Notes: a model not told the origin generated them from the sequence alone. A DNA stretch of 63,068 bases, filler included, from Rhabdomonas costata (GCA_019059605.1; 34 parts of 34 records of this genome joined end to end with filler, not necessarily neighbours in it); one strand, 5' to 3'. Shown: positions 27,962 to 40,980, numbered from the whole stretch's first letter. Made by a program: numbers and translations.

Positions 27962-29612
27962 CTTGACAGTGTAGAATGTCGGGCCTTCGGGGACCGCCTC
28001 AAAAACAGGCTCGTCAGTGAGATCGTCGCCAACAGCCAAAATGAAGCCCCAATTTCCCTGCAACACCGGTCCAGCAGGGTGAAGCGCTCTCATGCCCAAA
28101 ATTTAAATTTTGGCCTCCACGAATCCCCACCCTCTCTCACGGAACCTTCCGATGTCGTATGCAAAAACTATGCGTGAAATAGAACAGTCCTTACACAGAG
28201 CATTGTCCCAGAAGATAGCTCGCACTGATACAGGGCTGCGGTTAAAACAACCCAGAGCGAGTTTTCATAAGAAAAGAGAAACCCCCGATTTCCTCGTTCA
28301 GGTTACGAACAAAAACAACACAGCACCTGCCCTACGAGCCAGTTCATGGAGGCCTTGCCTTTGTTGACGTCCGCCAGGTGAATCTCCACCTTCATAAAAA
28401 GTGAGCGAGCGTTTGTATGTATGGCCACAAAAACCATCTGCTTGATGCGGAACGTCGCCCTCCTCTTTTTCCTCAGCTCTCCTCTTTTTCTCCCTCTTTC
28501 TCCATGGTAGCCACACCACGTCCTGGCCTTCCACAACGGTGGTCATGTGGTTGGCGCTGTACATCGTGAGCTGCTCGCGGATCTCGCGAAGGTGGTTCTG
28601 TCCCAGCCTGCGCTCCACGGTGGAGTAATGCCAGGCCAGGGTGCACTCCTTCTCCTCTGTGGCGGTGCATTTGAAGGAAGAGAGGAGAAATGGACATGAA
28701 AATGGAAATAGGGGCCCACGGGCAAATTCGGGTTGTCAATCTCTCAGACCCAAAAATGATATGTCGGCAAAGGCATCAAAGTGGTCAGCACGATTTTCTT
28801 CATTATCGTGAGCGAATCAGGTGCAGAGGCTACTGGAGAAATTTTCGCACATAGTCTTTCAAAACAGCACCAGAGGGCAGTTGAGGTATAGAGTATTTTT
28901 GCGGTGCAGTATACAGAGTGACTAAGAGGGAATCCCTTACGGTCGGGCGAGGGTTCAAGCTCAGCAGAACCGCAGAGAGCCACGATCAGGACCAGGCTGC
29001 TTACATACCAAGGTAGGACCCCGGGGTCCGGGTGACCAGCTTTTCTAGAATTGGGCGGAAGTCCTCCTTCCATCGGCTGTCCATTCCCTGTGCAGCAAAA
29101 TGGAGACCCATTCAGGGTGATCAGACGATGCGAGTCGATGGCAGGAAGAGGTCAGCCACAAGACATAAGTTTTGTGATGAGTGATAGAGCGAGAGAGTGA
29201 ATATTTTTGAACCAAAAAAGGCACAACCCTTCTCTCCACTTATCACACTGGGCAGGCAACTGTCGGTTAAGGCAGAGTTTTTTTGTAACCGTTCAGCTGT
29301 TGACAACAACCCATCTCTCCATTCCTGTGAGCCTTGCTTAGGATTGACAAGGAGCATCAAACGCAGCCATAGCCCACGAAATGATTCAGGCACAGGCCGT
29401 GGAGCCCAACCAAGAGAGAGGGGACTCGAATTCTTATTCCTGAACAGATACGGAGACCAGATATCACACTGAACACATGTGGGGGTGGCGCGGTGCGACT
29501 CTCCATCACCCCGCATGACGCAGCAATGTGCATAGCAGACCTCACGCAGCAGACTCCACTTGCCCCGAGTGTACAGGAAGGCGCCGTGCTCGGCGATCAT
29601 GTCGACCCCGAG
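27962..29612 (-). CDS. Trehalose-6-phosphate phosphatase domain (probably a TPS/TPP bifunctional enzyme), 5 exons
   Basis: Spliced motifs in order: IAEHGAF, WKEDFRPILEKLVTRTPGSYLEEKECTLAWHY, VEIHLADVNKG, FILAVGDDLTDE. Confidence 0.88.
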
Positions 29613-29895
29613 TGAACCAAACCACCAACCCNNNNNNNNNNNNNNNNNNNNNNNNNNNNNNNNNNNNNNNNNNNNTTAATTAATTAANNNNNNNNNNNNN
29701 NNNNNNNNNNNNNNNNNNNNNNNNNNNNNNNTTGTGGTTTGGGTCATTTTCGACCCTTTTTGGGTGTCTCCTGGAGACAAGTGAGCAAGAGAAGATCACG
29801 AATGAAGAAGATCATGAATTGTCAAGTAATGCACGTGTTTCGGCGAAAACCTATAAAAGGGCAGCACCGCTGGGCGGTTCACTCCGGAGGCCAAG

Positions 29896-31193
29896 CGAGG
29901 CTTGGCCGGGGTGGCGCTGAAGGACCAGGACTTGCGCCGCACACTCCGCGTGGCCGACGAGGAGCTCTGCGCCTCGCTGCTTGCGCAGCTGGTGCTGGAC
30001 TCAAAGTTCCTGGCCGAGCACCGACTAATCGACTACAGGTGGAGCCCTCCCCTCTTCCCCGCTTGGGGAGCAGTTCTGCTTGCTGTAAGTTGGACCCGTT
30101 TTTGTTATTCTTTCCCCAAAATAACCTGAAGGATTGTCCGCGCCCACATGGTGCCTTGGCTTTCCCCGGCCTCATGTCTTTTCGTCCTCCACTGTTGCCG
30201 TCTTTCTCTTCTTTCCTTCACCTCAGCCTTCTGGTGGGGGTGCACCCTCTGAGTGGCGGCGTTGCTGGCGACGACTTCTCCGAGTCCTTCGCCATCACCG
30301 CCACCGCCGCCTCGGAGCACACTGTGCTCCAGTACGGCCGCAGCGGTGTCCCCGTGGAAGGCAACCGCTTTCGCCTCGGGGTCTTCCTGCCCCCCCCCCC
30401 ATGCTCACCGATTGCGGTCCGGACTCTGGTGACGGCGTTGGAAACAAGCCAGACGCTATACCTGCTGCAGAGCATCTCAGCACACCTCCGTTATCTCGAC
30501 GGAATCCTGAACTTCTCGAACAGCCGGGACATGCTTGACCATAGTTGTCCTGAATCAAACCCAGGCCTCACCCCAACAAAGTTTCTGTAGACTCCCGGAC
30601 CACCGACCAAGCTTTTACCGAAACACTCCGGGGCTGTCGGAGTTGGATTGTCATGGCTTTGCTAGCCTGCGGGTGGAAGCAGACATACCTCTGTACCATG
30701 TTGGAATATTTCGGGCCTCTTGTTTTTTTCTGAGGGGGGGGGGGTTAAACTTTAAGCACCGCTAAACTTTTAGCAGTGCTAAACGGAGCATCGCCGACCC
30801 CATGGAACGTCCCACCCATCCGCCCGATCCGGCCGCGCCGCGGACTGGCCTCCGCACCTAAAATACGGAAATCCCTTTGGTATTGCGATCTCCTGAGAAC
30901 CGTTTATTGCCCTTGCGTTCTGACCTAAACGTTTAGCGGTGCTACTCTTTTAACGCCACCCCCACCCCCAAGACAGTTGTCCCACTATTTCTGGGCCTTT
31001 CCATCTTAAGTGCACATCTTCTAAGTAGTTGGTCCTCTTTTTTGTCACGGGCTCGCTGCGAACTTCCAGAATCTCCGCCTTTTTTTTTCCATCGCAGCTG
31101 CTCGCAGCAGACAGGCGGCACACCTATCACTTTGGGGTCATCGACATCCTAACCGTGTTTAACATTCGCCGTGCCGCCGAGTCCACCGTAAAG
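29896..31193 (+). CDS. Phosphatidylinositol-phosphate kinase (PIP5K family), C-terminal exons
   Basis: LKDQDL, DSKFLAEHRLIDYS|LLVGVH and YHFGVIDILTVF. Confidence 0.88.
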
Positions 31194-32039
31194 GTCTGTG
31201 TTGTTTGAGTTTGTGTGTGTGCCTCTGCGTTTGTAACTGCACTGCTCACTTATGAGGGGGGGGGGGTCCATCTGTTTTGGAGGTGAGCGTGGCTGGTGAT
31301 TATGAAGGACAGTCTGCGGCCAGTGGTGTCGAAGCACCACTTGCATCACTGTCAGTCCCAGTTTTTTGTACCTGTGGTTCCGACCTATTCAGTACCCCGG
31401 ACAAAGCTCAACAGAGCATGGGAACAGGATGCCGATGGCAACAATCCTTTTTCTCGTGCCTGTCTGCGCTGTGTAGGCCGTTGTGCAAACNNNNNNNNNN
31501 NNNNNNNNNNNNNNNNNNNNNNNNNNNNNNNNNNTTAATTAATTAANNNNNNNNNNNNNNNNNNNNNNNNNNNNNNNNNNNNNNNNNNNNTTTGTGGGGG
31601 GGGGAAGGGAGGCGCCTCGTCTTGCATTTGCGTCTGCAAAGAGAGCTGTGGTGGGTGTGTGCGATTCTGACGGCACATTACAGCGCCGTGATTCATAACC
31701 CCCCGGGATGGTTTAGGACACGTTCATTTTCCAGCACTCCAGATTGTATAGAGTTGAATTGAGATGCCTCATGCGCGGATCATTTCTCTTCACAGTCCTT
31801 AAAAAAAGGATTGCACCTCCTCTTGACAGTGGGAGGGCACTTTCAAGCACTGTGGTCTGCTTCACATCAACAATGAGAATTCCTGACATCCAGTCAGGAA
31901 AGAACACTGCACCGAAGCAAACTCGGGAACAGATACCACTACCTCCGACTCCGAAAAGGTCGCTTTTAGTACACAAAACTCACTTCGAAGCGGACAATAT
32001 CAGGATGGGTGAAAAGGTATGTGTGTAAGGAGGCATGAC

Positions 32040-32262
32040 CAGCACCTTCCTCGCACATGTGGTCCACCAGGTCCTCGTCGCCGTACAGGAAGCTGTCCAC
32101 GTGGGCCGTGTTCACTTCCGTGCAGTCCTGGAACTGCCCCACCGGAGGGAAGCAGATCCGCTGCGGCACACCCATATTCACACTCTCATACACACAGCGA
32201 TTGCTGAAAGACGGAAGGGACCCGACGAAGAACAAAGGCGCAGCTAAAAATAGAAGTAACAT
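32040..32262 (-). CDS. First exon of a putative secreted Cys-containing protein
   Basis: ATG plus a hydrophobic signal peptide and GC-rich codons; the 3' boundary is uncertain. Confidence 0.45.
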
Positions 32263-33558
32263 TTGTCTAGTGAGTCACCAACACAAAGTGTCAAAGAGTT
32301 CCATCTCACCTCCTTCGCCGATACATTGAGACTTCACCATAGGGAAGGAGCCCACCAAGCCACCCCAGCACTGGCACCGCGGTGTTGTAAAAGTATGCGA
32401 CAAGTTGAGGTCAGGTACACGACAAGAAAAAAGTGGAGAAATGCACAGGCACAATTCGCAGTTCCTACGCCAAAATTTCCTTTCAGGCTGAAGTTAAATC
32501 GTCCCCGACGGGTATTTTGCAGCTGCACACCTGAAGTCGCCGCAGGACATTCAAACACCCACATGCGTTCGGACCTATTCGAAGTCATCGTAACACGGGT
32601 TCCGCGTGATCTGCGGGGAGTGGACTGGTGGCATCCATATGTCGTCCTTCTCATGGAGAAGAGGAATTGGAACCACCAAAGCACACTGTTGTTGATCCCA
32701 TAACGAACGCTTGCCCCGTGAACCACCAATTAGTAGGGCGCAGAGAAGAGGAGGTAGGGAAAGGGAAAGAGAGAGGGCTGAAGGACACCTCCCCGGGTGC
32801 TAGGCCGTCCGAAGGGACCAAGGCCCGAATCTCCCTCTGGATTCTCTCCAGGGTCGCCATGCCGGACTTTCTGGAGGGCGCGCCCTGAAGGGCAAAACAC
32901 ACATCGAGAGAGATGGAGACGCGCTGTGTGAGAGGACGGACTGACGAGGGCTGCCAGAGATTCACTGCCCACTGCCTTCCGTTGCACCTTTCTGGATGCG
33001 TCCCCGTCTGGAAGGAATCCAATGCCAAAGTTTGGATTGGGTAGGAAGGATTTAGGTTTCGTCGAACGATGCAGACCCATGCCCCAATTTGCGTTTCCAA
33101 AAAAACCCAAAACAATGTGTCGGAAATTCTAAAAACAGCTCCTGACTCGGGGTTCACACCCACGGTCAACGGGGGAAATGAGTCGATTTTAAATCCGTCA
33201 TCTTTCCGACCCCCTGAGATAGGGCGGTAAAAAACTTGAGAGAGAGAGAGAGGGGTCGGTTGCGACGATTGCCACTGACATTCACTAAGCGATGAATCGG
33301 GGGGAAACACTTTTGCTCATCTATGTATCCACTTTCAACCCCCTGCCNNNNNNNNNNNNNNNNNNNNNNNNNNNNNNNNNNNNNNNNNNNNTTAATTAAT
33401 TAANNNNNNNNNNNNNNNNNNNNNNNNNNNNNNNNNNNNNNNNNNNNGGGTGGGAGTTTGGTTTTTCGTGGGTGTTATCCCCATTTTCAATTTTGGACTG
33501 TTGTTGTTTGTTGGTGTGGGTGGGTGGGTACAAGTGGGGACAAGCGCGGGCATCACAC

Positions 33559-35085
33559 CAGCACACTGAACCGTCACCGCCGGGTTCGGCACAACTGTGG
33601 AGCCATTCCAGACGCTCCACGGACCCGTGGCCAGCTCCGGGGTGGGCGTATCGGCGGCGTTGAAGGCGTGAAAGTGATCCGCGTAGCCCAAGATGAACGA
33701 CACGGCCCACCCCCGGGAGGCGAGGTAGTAGAGCATGTGCTCCTCGTTGGAGTAGTAGGGCCGACCCTGAAACACCCCGCTGAGCTGGTACAGCCCGTTG
33801 AGCCACACGTAGTACCCGGTCACCCCGCTCAGCGTGAGGTTGCAAGCCGAAACTGTGCAGCAAGGGCCGCCAGGGTTGAGGATTTCAGGAGTAATTCTCT
33901 TTTTGGGAAGGAGGTGGGGGGGCAGCAATCTGTACTGAACCGTTTTATATTTGGGCGCTTCTCACAAACATGCACTCCCTGGTGCGCAAGCAGCACGGTG
34001 AAGGAATCAGCACACCTGATGAAACACAATAGAATCCAGTGCGGTGCCACGAAAACGCCCCCGGACCTCGCACACATCTCGCATATTCGCCTGCATTGCA
34101 CCTTAACCAAACCTCTCACCCATTTACAGGACAAACTTTAATTTAGAGTGGTCACAATACTGAAACCGGGACCGTCACACACGACAGAAGCCCGCACCTG
34201 CGACGCAGCACTCGCTGACCCCAGAGCACGGGTTCTGGGCACAGACTTTGGAGAAATCTTGCACCAGCGCAGGGACAGGGCACCCCGAAAACAGCGAGCA
34301 CACTTGGCCTGAGAGATGAGATGGAGTCCGTGTTCAAAAACGAGAGAAATACTCCGCCGAGAAAGAGAGAGAGAGGAGCGGGATGGGAGGGAGGGAGCTC
34401 TTGTGTGTGCGGCCCGTTTAACTCAAGAGCGCAGGTTTAGGACAATGGCCTTCCTTGGTATCCAGTAGACAAATTTGCACGGGGGTTAGGCGTGTGATGC
34501 AGGCGTCCCCCTTGATTTTCCGGAATGTCTGTGCTCTGCGGCACAAGTTTCAAGTTTCTTCAATGATTCTGATTTAGACAGGAAAAACTGGTGGTGAGGG
34601 GGCACCCCACCCCACCTGCAACAAGGTGCACTTCATGCCGCCCAAGATATTCGGCAAACTGGCCGATGAAGCGGAAAAGGAGTTGAAAAAACCTCATGTT
34701 ACGAAGCCAAAAAAGCCAACCACACGCATATACTTTTATTTTGCACCAAAACTAAAAACTAAATTTCCCCAGCCCCTACGAAGAATACCGGTACACAGAG
34801 ACTGCACCGCGGAGCTCGGGACAGGATCTGTGCCATTCCAGACGCTCCACGGGGTGCTGATCAGGTCAGGCCTGGCGACGTCCTCGGGGTTCACGGCGTA
34901 GTAGTCCGTGGAGCCCATCACGTAGGACACCGTCCAGCCTTGCGAGGTGACGTAGTACAGGTACAGGCTCACTGCGCTGTCGTAGTAGTACGGGCGGCCG
35001 TTGTACAGCCCGTGGAGTAGGTACACCGTGTTGATCCAGGTGTAGTACCCACTGACCCCACCCAGCGAGATGTTGCACGCTGACG
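33559..35085 (-). CDS. Extracellular protein with a repeated 98-99-aa aromatic-rich domain, one exon per domain
   Basis: Exons 35085-34789 and 33852-33559 are paralogous (ACN..L.GV.GYY.W.N..Y.L.G...GRPYY...PWSVWNG...C) and both are phase 1-1. Confidence 0.85.
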
Positions 35086-35585
35086 CTGCGAACAAGAGGG
35101 CAAGGACTGGCAAAAAGAATGAAATCACTCGCACAAAAAAGCACGCTTCTTGAGGTGTATCGCAGTACAGAAATGCTGAGGTCCGAGCAATAAACACCCC
35201 CACCNNNNNNNNNNNNNNNNNNNNNNNNNNNNNNNNNNNNNNNNNNNNTTAATTAATTAANNNNNNNNNNNNNNNNNNNNNNNNNNNNNNNNNNNNNNNN
35301 NNNNGTGGGGTTGGGGTAAAGATCGACTCTCCCGCTGGAAATTTCTGGCCCCCCACCACACTCCAGGATGTCGTCGCGGCCCGAGATCCAAAGTCGTACG
35401 GCTGCAGACTCTCTCGTTGACGATTTGGGTTTGGAAAGAGAAGGCCGGGGAACGTGCATACGGGCATGGATACTATCGATACTATCGGCGACGGTGATGA
35501 TCGCTGTGGTGGCGCCACCCAGCGTGTGGCAAGGAGTGAGTACTACTAACCGTTGCGAGGTGAATGCGGTGAGGAAGGCGCCCAC

Positions 35586-35753
35586 CTTTGCAGGCAATGC
35601 TGCAGTCGGTCCCCGCGAAGCCAAAGGTGCAGGCACAGGTGGCGTTGCTGCTGAGGCAAGTCCCCACCCCAGAGCACACCAAACTGTTGGCACCGACCGG
35701 GCACCGCGTCGCGCAGGCTGCCCCGCCCGCGTAGTTGTAACAGGTGCACACCC
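35586..35753 (-). CDS. EGF-like Cys-rich exon of a surface protein
   Basis: CSGVGTCLSSNATCACTFGFAGTDC, bounded by AG and GT. Confidence 0.8.
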
Positions 35754-36749
35754 CTGTAAACAACCGGAGAACCCAGTACTGTACCCGTAGGCAAAAGACA
35801 AAATCTGCTACGTCAGGTGAAGACAAAGTTGAAAACAGGCAAGGCAACCTCCAACGGCCAACTGCACGCAAAAACAACGCGTAATGCCCCCTCCATTGCA
35901 ACTCATAGTCACCATCCCTCGCCAAGAGTTGCTTGGCTCTTTGCAACCACTACCCGATTTGCAACTCGGCACAGGCAGCGCTTGAGGGATGATCATCACA
36001 CAAAACGTAGCCAAAATCGATCAAAGAGAATTCTCATGGGAGCCTAAACAAAGCGGAAGGGTCAGATGTTGGGCAAAAGCTGAAGAATTCCGTATGCAAG
36101 CTTCGCAAGGGCTACCACCTCTTTGTGAATGCCTCGCCACTATGTCGCTTGAGACGGAGTGTGCGTTGTGACTGAGTATGAGTGGGGGGAGCGTGGTGCT
36201 GCTAGCAGGGCAGGGGTGATACCTACTTGCAATGGACAAAGCGGAGGCCATCCCATCCCATTATGCTGGCAGTGGTAATCAGAACCATTACGCCTTACTT
36301 CACAGTGCGTGCGTGCGTGCGTGCGTGCGTGCGTCGCCGGCGAGTTGATTCTGTCCACCATAAAGTCTCATATTTTTCCTCCTTTTTCTTTGCGAATTGC
36401 TGTGCACAACCCCGAGATCAACTTTCCAGTGAAGATATGTCCCCCCCTTCAATACGCACTACCCCTTTCCATCTCTTCTTGCACTTTGCAGACTTACCGC
36501 AGAGCTGTGTGCCGGATCTTGGACGCTGCACTGAATCTACTGGACTAAACGGTGTTTCTTCATCCTTTCCACTGAAAGATGCAGTCTCCTTGAAATATGT
36601 GTGAACGCGTGGGTGAGTGTGGGTTCCCAACGCCCCGCGTACACTGCGTATCAGGGGTCACATGGGGCAAGCCAACCCCACGAGAGGCGGGAGAGAGGGA
36701 CAAGGCACCGTTGACCGATAAGCACCGAAAGTTGGGAGCCCGAGGGAAG

Positions 36750-37060
36750 AAGTGGACCTCGAGTCCTCCCCCCATTATTTTACTCTGGCCAAGTGCACCA
36801 TGTGTACGTGTGTAATAGCGCACCATCCCATTGCGGTCTGCTCTTCGTCCCACTGCTCGGGCGCTTTCTCTGCTCGTGCAGGTTGTTGCTCCTCTTGTGC
36901 AGGAGCGACTACCCACTCGCACCCCAATGCGGAAGGTGCAAAATGGTATCTCCGCATGGTTGAAGGCGTTGGGATCCAGTCCGCTTGGTCCCAGCTTCTC
37001 TGCTGAATGGGATGTCACAGACTGCTTTCTCACGCCGCGTGTTGAGGTTCTTCCAACACC
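36750..37060 (+). mobile_element. Possible decayed RT fragment (Penelope-like)
   Basis: PHYFTLAK...PLRSALRPTARAL...EWDVTDCF weakly resembles early RT motifs; frame-shifted. Confidence 0.25.
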
Positions 37061-37161
37061 CNNNNNNNNNNNNNNNNNNNNNNNNNNNNNNNNNNNNNNN
37101 NNNNNTTAATTAATTAANNNNNNNNNNNNNNNNNNNNNNNNNNNNNNNNNNNNNNNNNNNN

Positions 37162-38493
37162 CCAAGACGGCGTCTCGCGCGGAGATCGGGTGGGTGTTCC
37201 GGGAGCTTGCCCTGCTGCTGCACCCGGACAAGAATCCCCACAGCCAGGCCGGGGAGGTATTCCCCTCTCCCTCTCTTTCTCTGCATCGTACCCACTCTCC
37301 ACTCTCTTATTTCTCTTACCTGGGAGGATAACAGTTCCCAGATCTGCTAAAAGAGTGCGGGGAAGGAATTTGGTTCACAGCATTGTTTTAGTCTTTTGAT
37401 TTTTTTGTTTTTGTTTTTTCTCTCTCTCTTTTTTCTTTTTTTTCTTTTTTTATTTCTTTTTCTTTTCTTTTTATTGTGAACTGGGTCCAGTTATGGAGCC
37501 CTCTGGAATTGGCGATTGATGTATTGAAGGGTAAGACGGAACTGAGAACTTGCGATCTTTACGGCTCAATCGACCAAACTTCTCCAAGCTTCATTTACAC
37601 CACCACATTACACCACCCTCTGAACTTCTTTACCAACAACGTACGAAAACATTGTCGGCCACCTTGGCGGTGGGCTCAGCTCCACCTTTCTTAACCACAT
37701 CAGAAATTTAATATCCTCCGATAGAGGAAACAAAGGTGCGTCCGTCCAATTTAGGGTAACTAACAAAAAACTCTTCATCAGCTCCAACGGGATTGACCTC
37801 CACGGAGAATTTGTGTACAATCAAACGTCTGGACTCCACTCATACTCTAGTCCGTTACAGCCTAGCCCTGCCTCATCACCTCCTCTACCGTGAAGTAACT
37901 GGTTATGCGTCATGGAAACTTGGAATTTGGCAAACATCCATGAGGATACTTCCGTTAGCGTTGAGGTTCAGCTACCCCATTGCTTCCCCCTGCATGAGCA
38001 ATCGCTGGGGCTAGCCCGATGCTTCTCTTTCAGCCAGGCCGAAATTCATGCAAAAAGATAGAGCTTCCGCAAATCTGCCAGTATTTGTGCGCTGAAGAAC
38101 CTCGCCATGCTGGCCCTGCTAAGGGATTGCCTCCCACCGTTGCAGGCCTTCCAGGCGGTTTCTGACGCCTTCCACCTTCTGCAGTCCCGGACCTCTTCTG
38201 CGGCCGAGGCAAACACAGACCTCTCCGCATCCTCCTCTTTTCACTCCGCCAAGGCCGCCACGGCCTCTTCCACAACGGCAGCTCCCAAGACTCCTTCGGC
38301 CACCCCCTCATTCTTTCGTGCCTCCCACCTTCACACCGAGCTCTACCGCACTGGCAGTGGTGGTTGTTCTTCGTCAAGTAACTGGTCTGCCCCCGGGGCT
38401 CGATGTGGGGAGAGCCTTCCCGGGGTGCGGTCGCCCCCTCTCCCACCGGTCGCCTCAGGAACCAGCCGAGCCAGTTTGCTTTCTCGGGGAAAG
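37162..38493 (+). CDS. DnaJ-domain protein, partial
   Basis: Exons 37162-37256 and 38146-38493 give ASRAEIGWVFRELALLLHPDKNPHSQAGE|AFQAVSDAFHLL, with the HPD motif. Confidence 0.88.
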
Positions 38494-38498
38494 GTAAT

Positions 38499-38578
38499 CT
38501 CCACAGACTCAAACACGCTCCACCCACACTCGGACACTCCCCACAGACTCAAACACGCACCAACCACACGCGGACACA
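38499..38578 (+). repeat. Tandem duplication of about 41 bp
   Basis: ccacagactcaaacacgc...cggacac occurs twice. Confidence 0.8.
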
Positions 38579-39256
38579 AGTACACCCCTACACACAAGTC
38601 AAATAAATCCTATACCAACGGTTTCGTTTTCTCTGAACTTCGGGGAAAACCCGCTTCGTTTGTTAAAAATGGGTGTTCTGAGAATTACGAGTGGATGCGT
38701 CTCATTCGGGGAAGTGTTCAAGAAAAAAGTGAGCATTGGATTTTTTCGGTCAAATTCTGCGTTGCAAAATGGTAAGAAAACGGGTGGGGGAGGATGGAGT
38801 GAACGCTGAAGTAGTTTCCAAATATTGTCCTAATTCGGGAATTTTCGGACTTCGATGGTAAGTTAGGCTGCCGAAAAACTGGATTTCTGCCGCGATTGAC
38901 CCTGTACCTTTAAGCTCTNNNNNNNNNNNNNNNNNNNNNNNNNNNNNNNNNNNNNNNNNNNNTTAATTAATTAANNNNNNNNNNNNNNNNNNNNNNNNNN
39001 NNNNNNNNNNNNNNNNNNGTGTTGTTTTTCTAGCTTTGGTTCATCTGAGTGAGAGAGCTTTTTGAGTGGGAGACATACCGGGCTGTTCGCATAGCTTGGT
39101 CCTTTTGCTAGTATTTTTGTGTTCTCCCCGGGGAAAGAGTCTTGCAGCACGTTCTTTTCGATATTTTCCCGTCGCTCGACTAGTGCCACCTAGGTTGATG
39201 CACAACGGAGTCAGTTCTTCTCGCCACAGTTTTCTTGGGTGGGGTCTTGGGTCCAG

Positions 39257-40423
39257 GAAGCATTGGTGCGGCCATCAATAAGCCCGTGTTGGACGCCCTT
39301 GGTGTGACTCACGTGGTGACCTGTACTGAGCCCGGTGCGTCTGCGACATCCTCCCGCCGCATATTATCCAATAACCCTTCCTCAAAGCCTAGCGTGGTGT
39401 TTGCCAAAATATGAGAAGAAATCAGTGTGCAACCACTTTCGATATGGCGACTTTTTGCTGTGTCTGTGGCGCCTTGGGTGAGCTCTTTCCTGCTCTGATT
39501 TGAACAAAAAACAAGAGATTTCAACCTTTCTCGGAGTGAATTTATTCAATTGCATTCCGCTTCAGTGTGTGTGTGTGTGTGTGTGTGTGTGGACGGGGGC
39601 CTGGGTACGGGGGCGATCGCTTGCCACAGTATTTGCGGTTCGGCTGCCCGACCTGCAGTACCTGCACATCAGCATCACCGACACCACGCAGGAGAGCGTT
39701 CTGGAGCACCTCGAAGAGTGGACGGCATGGATCGATTCCGCAATTGCTGCGCAGAACGGCACAGTGCTTGTGCACTGCATGGCGGGCCAGAGCCGCTCCG
39801 CCACCATAGTGCTGGCATACTGCGTCAGGCACCAGGCACATCCATTTACCCTCCTCCCTTCCCAGCTCCTCTTTTCCTCATTCCACTCTGTGCCCCGCTC
39901 CGGACAGGACAAGGAATTCCTTCATGGTGTCCATGTGATCGTAAGACGTGGCGCTACTCTGTGCAATCTGAAATGGGACCCCGTTTTTTTCCGGCATTTT
40001 TCACGCTTTCTCTCGCAGGGTGATTGAATAATGGCTTGTTACGATTTTTCCTCTCATTTTTCTTCTTTTCGACGTGGTTTTACTGTGGGCGTGGGCAAAC
40101 GCTGTTTAACGCCAACGCTGCGGCATTCCTTGACGCCGAGGAATGGCCCAGGAAACTACTGAACTCGCTGCTGTGAGCCTATCCTTGCCATACCAGGTGC
40201 AGGACTTCGGGTGGTCTTCGGGCTTTTTCTTTCACAGGGGTGGACCCTGCAGGACGCGCTGGAGCATCTCTGCACCGTGCGGCCCAAAGTGTGTCCCAAT
40301 AAGGGCTTCATTAAGCAGCTGCGGGACTTCGAGAAGGTGGGGCGTGCCCAGAACAGGAAGGAGTGGTTGGGAAATGCCAGCTCCGAGCCGTTTTTCCTTC
40401 CCCCCCCAACGTGCTCGTCGTGA
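39257..40423 (+). CDS. Dual-specificity protein phosphatase, partial
   Basis: GSIGAAINKPVLDALGVTHVV, catalytic VHCMAGQSRS and RPKVCPNKGFIKQL; intron 39836-40237 is GC-AG. Confidence 0.92.
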
Positions 40424-40889
40424 CTCCTGATGAATGATTTGGGTGTATCACTCCGGTAAGATATCCTTCTTTAACCCTTTAACTGGAAGGATCACTGATT
40501 CTCCCGATCCCCAAAGCAGTTACAGCGGCTCGTTCATATTCGAGTGGACGCGTCGGGGTTGTATTCGATGATGATAAGGATGATCACCTCTCCTTGTGTC
40601 TTCCACCTCGCTCGTGCTCGTGTGACTGTATTGGCTTTCTTATTGCCGGCGCGAATCCCTCAGGAGTTGACGCAGCTCTGCTCCCTGACCTACGTATGCA
40701 CGCGTGACTCCTTGCTCCCTGCTGTGCATTTTCTCCTCCTTGGTTTTGTCGTTGTTCGTGTTCCCACATCGGCCCAATGNNNNNNNNNNNNNNNNNNNNN
40801 NNNNNNNNNNNNNNNNNNNNNNNTTAATTAATTAANNNNNNNNNNNNNNNNNNNNNNNNNNNNNNNNNNNNNNNNNNNNGTGTTGTGGT

Positions 40890-40980
40890 TGCCCCTGCTC
40901 TCACAAGCTGGGGACTCTCTTGGTCAGATGCTAAGGGGAGCACAGACCAAGAGAGTCCCCAGCTTGTGAGAGCAGGGGCA
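40890..40980. repeat. Perfect inverted repeat (36-nt arms, 19-nt spacer)
   Basis: 40890-40925 is the exact reverse complement of 40945-40980. Confidence 0.95.

Noticed and set aside
28901..28974. tRNA-length segment with GCGGT...ACCGCA ends and GGTTCAAG
   Set aside because: The D, anticodon and T arms do not fold canonically; at best a decayed tRNA-derived relic
40428..40499. TGATGA...CTGA box C/D snoRNA candidates (also 57128-57181)
   Set aside because: No convincing terminal stem or recognisable rRNA-antisense guide; the first lies immediately after the DSP stop codon
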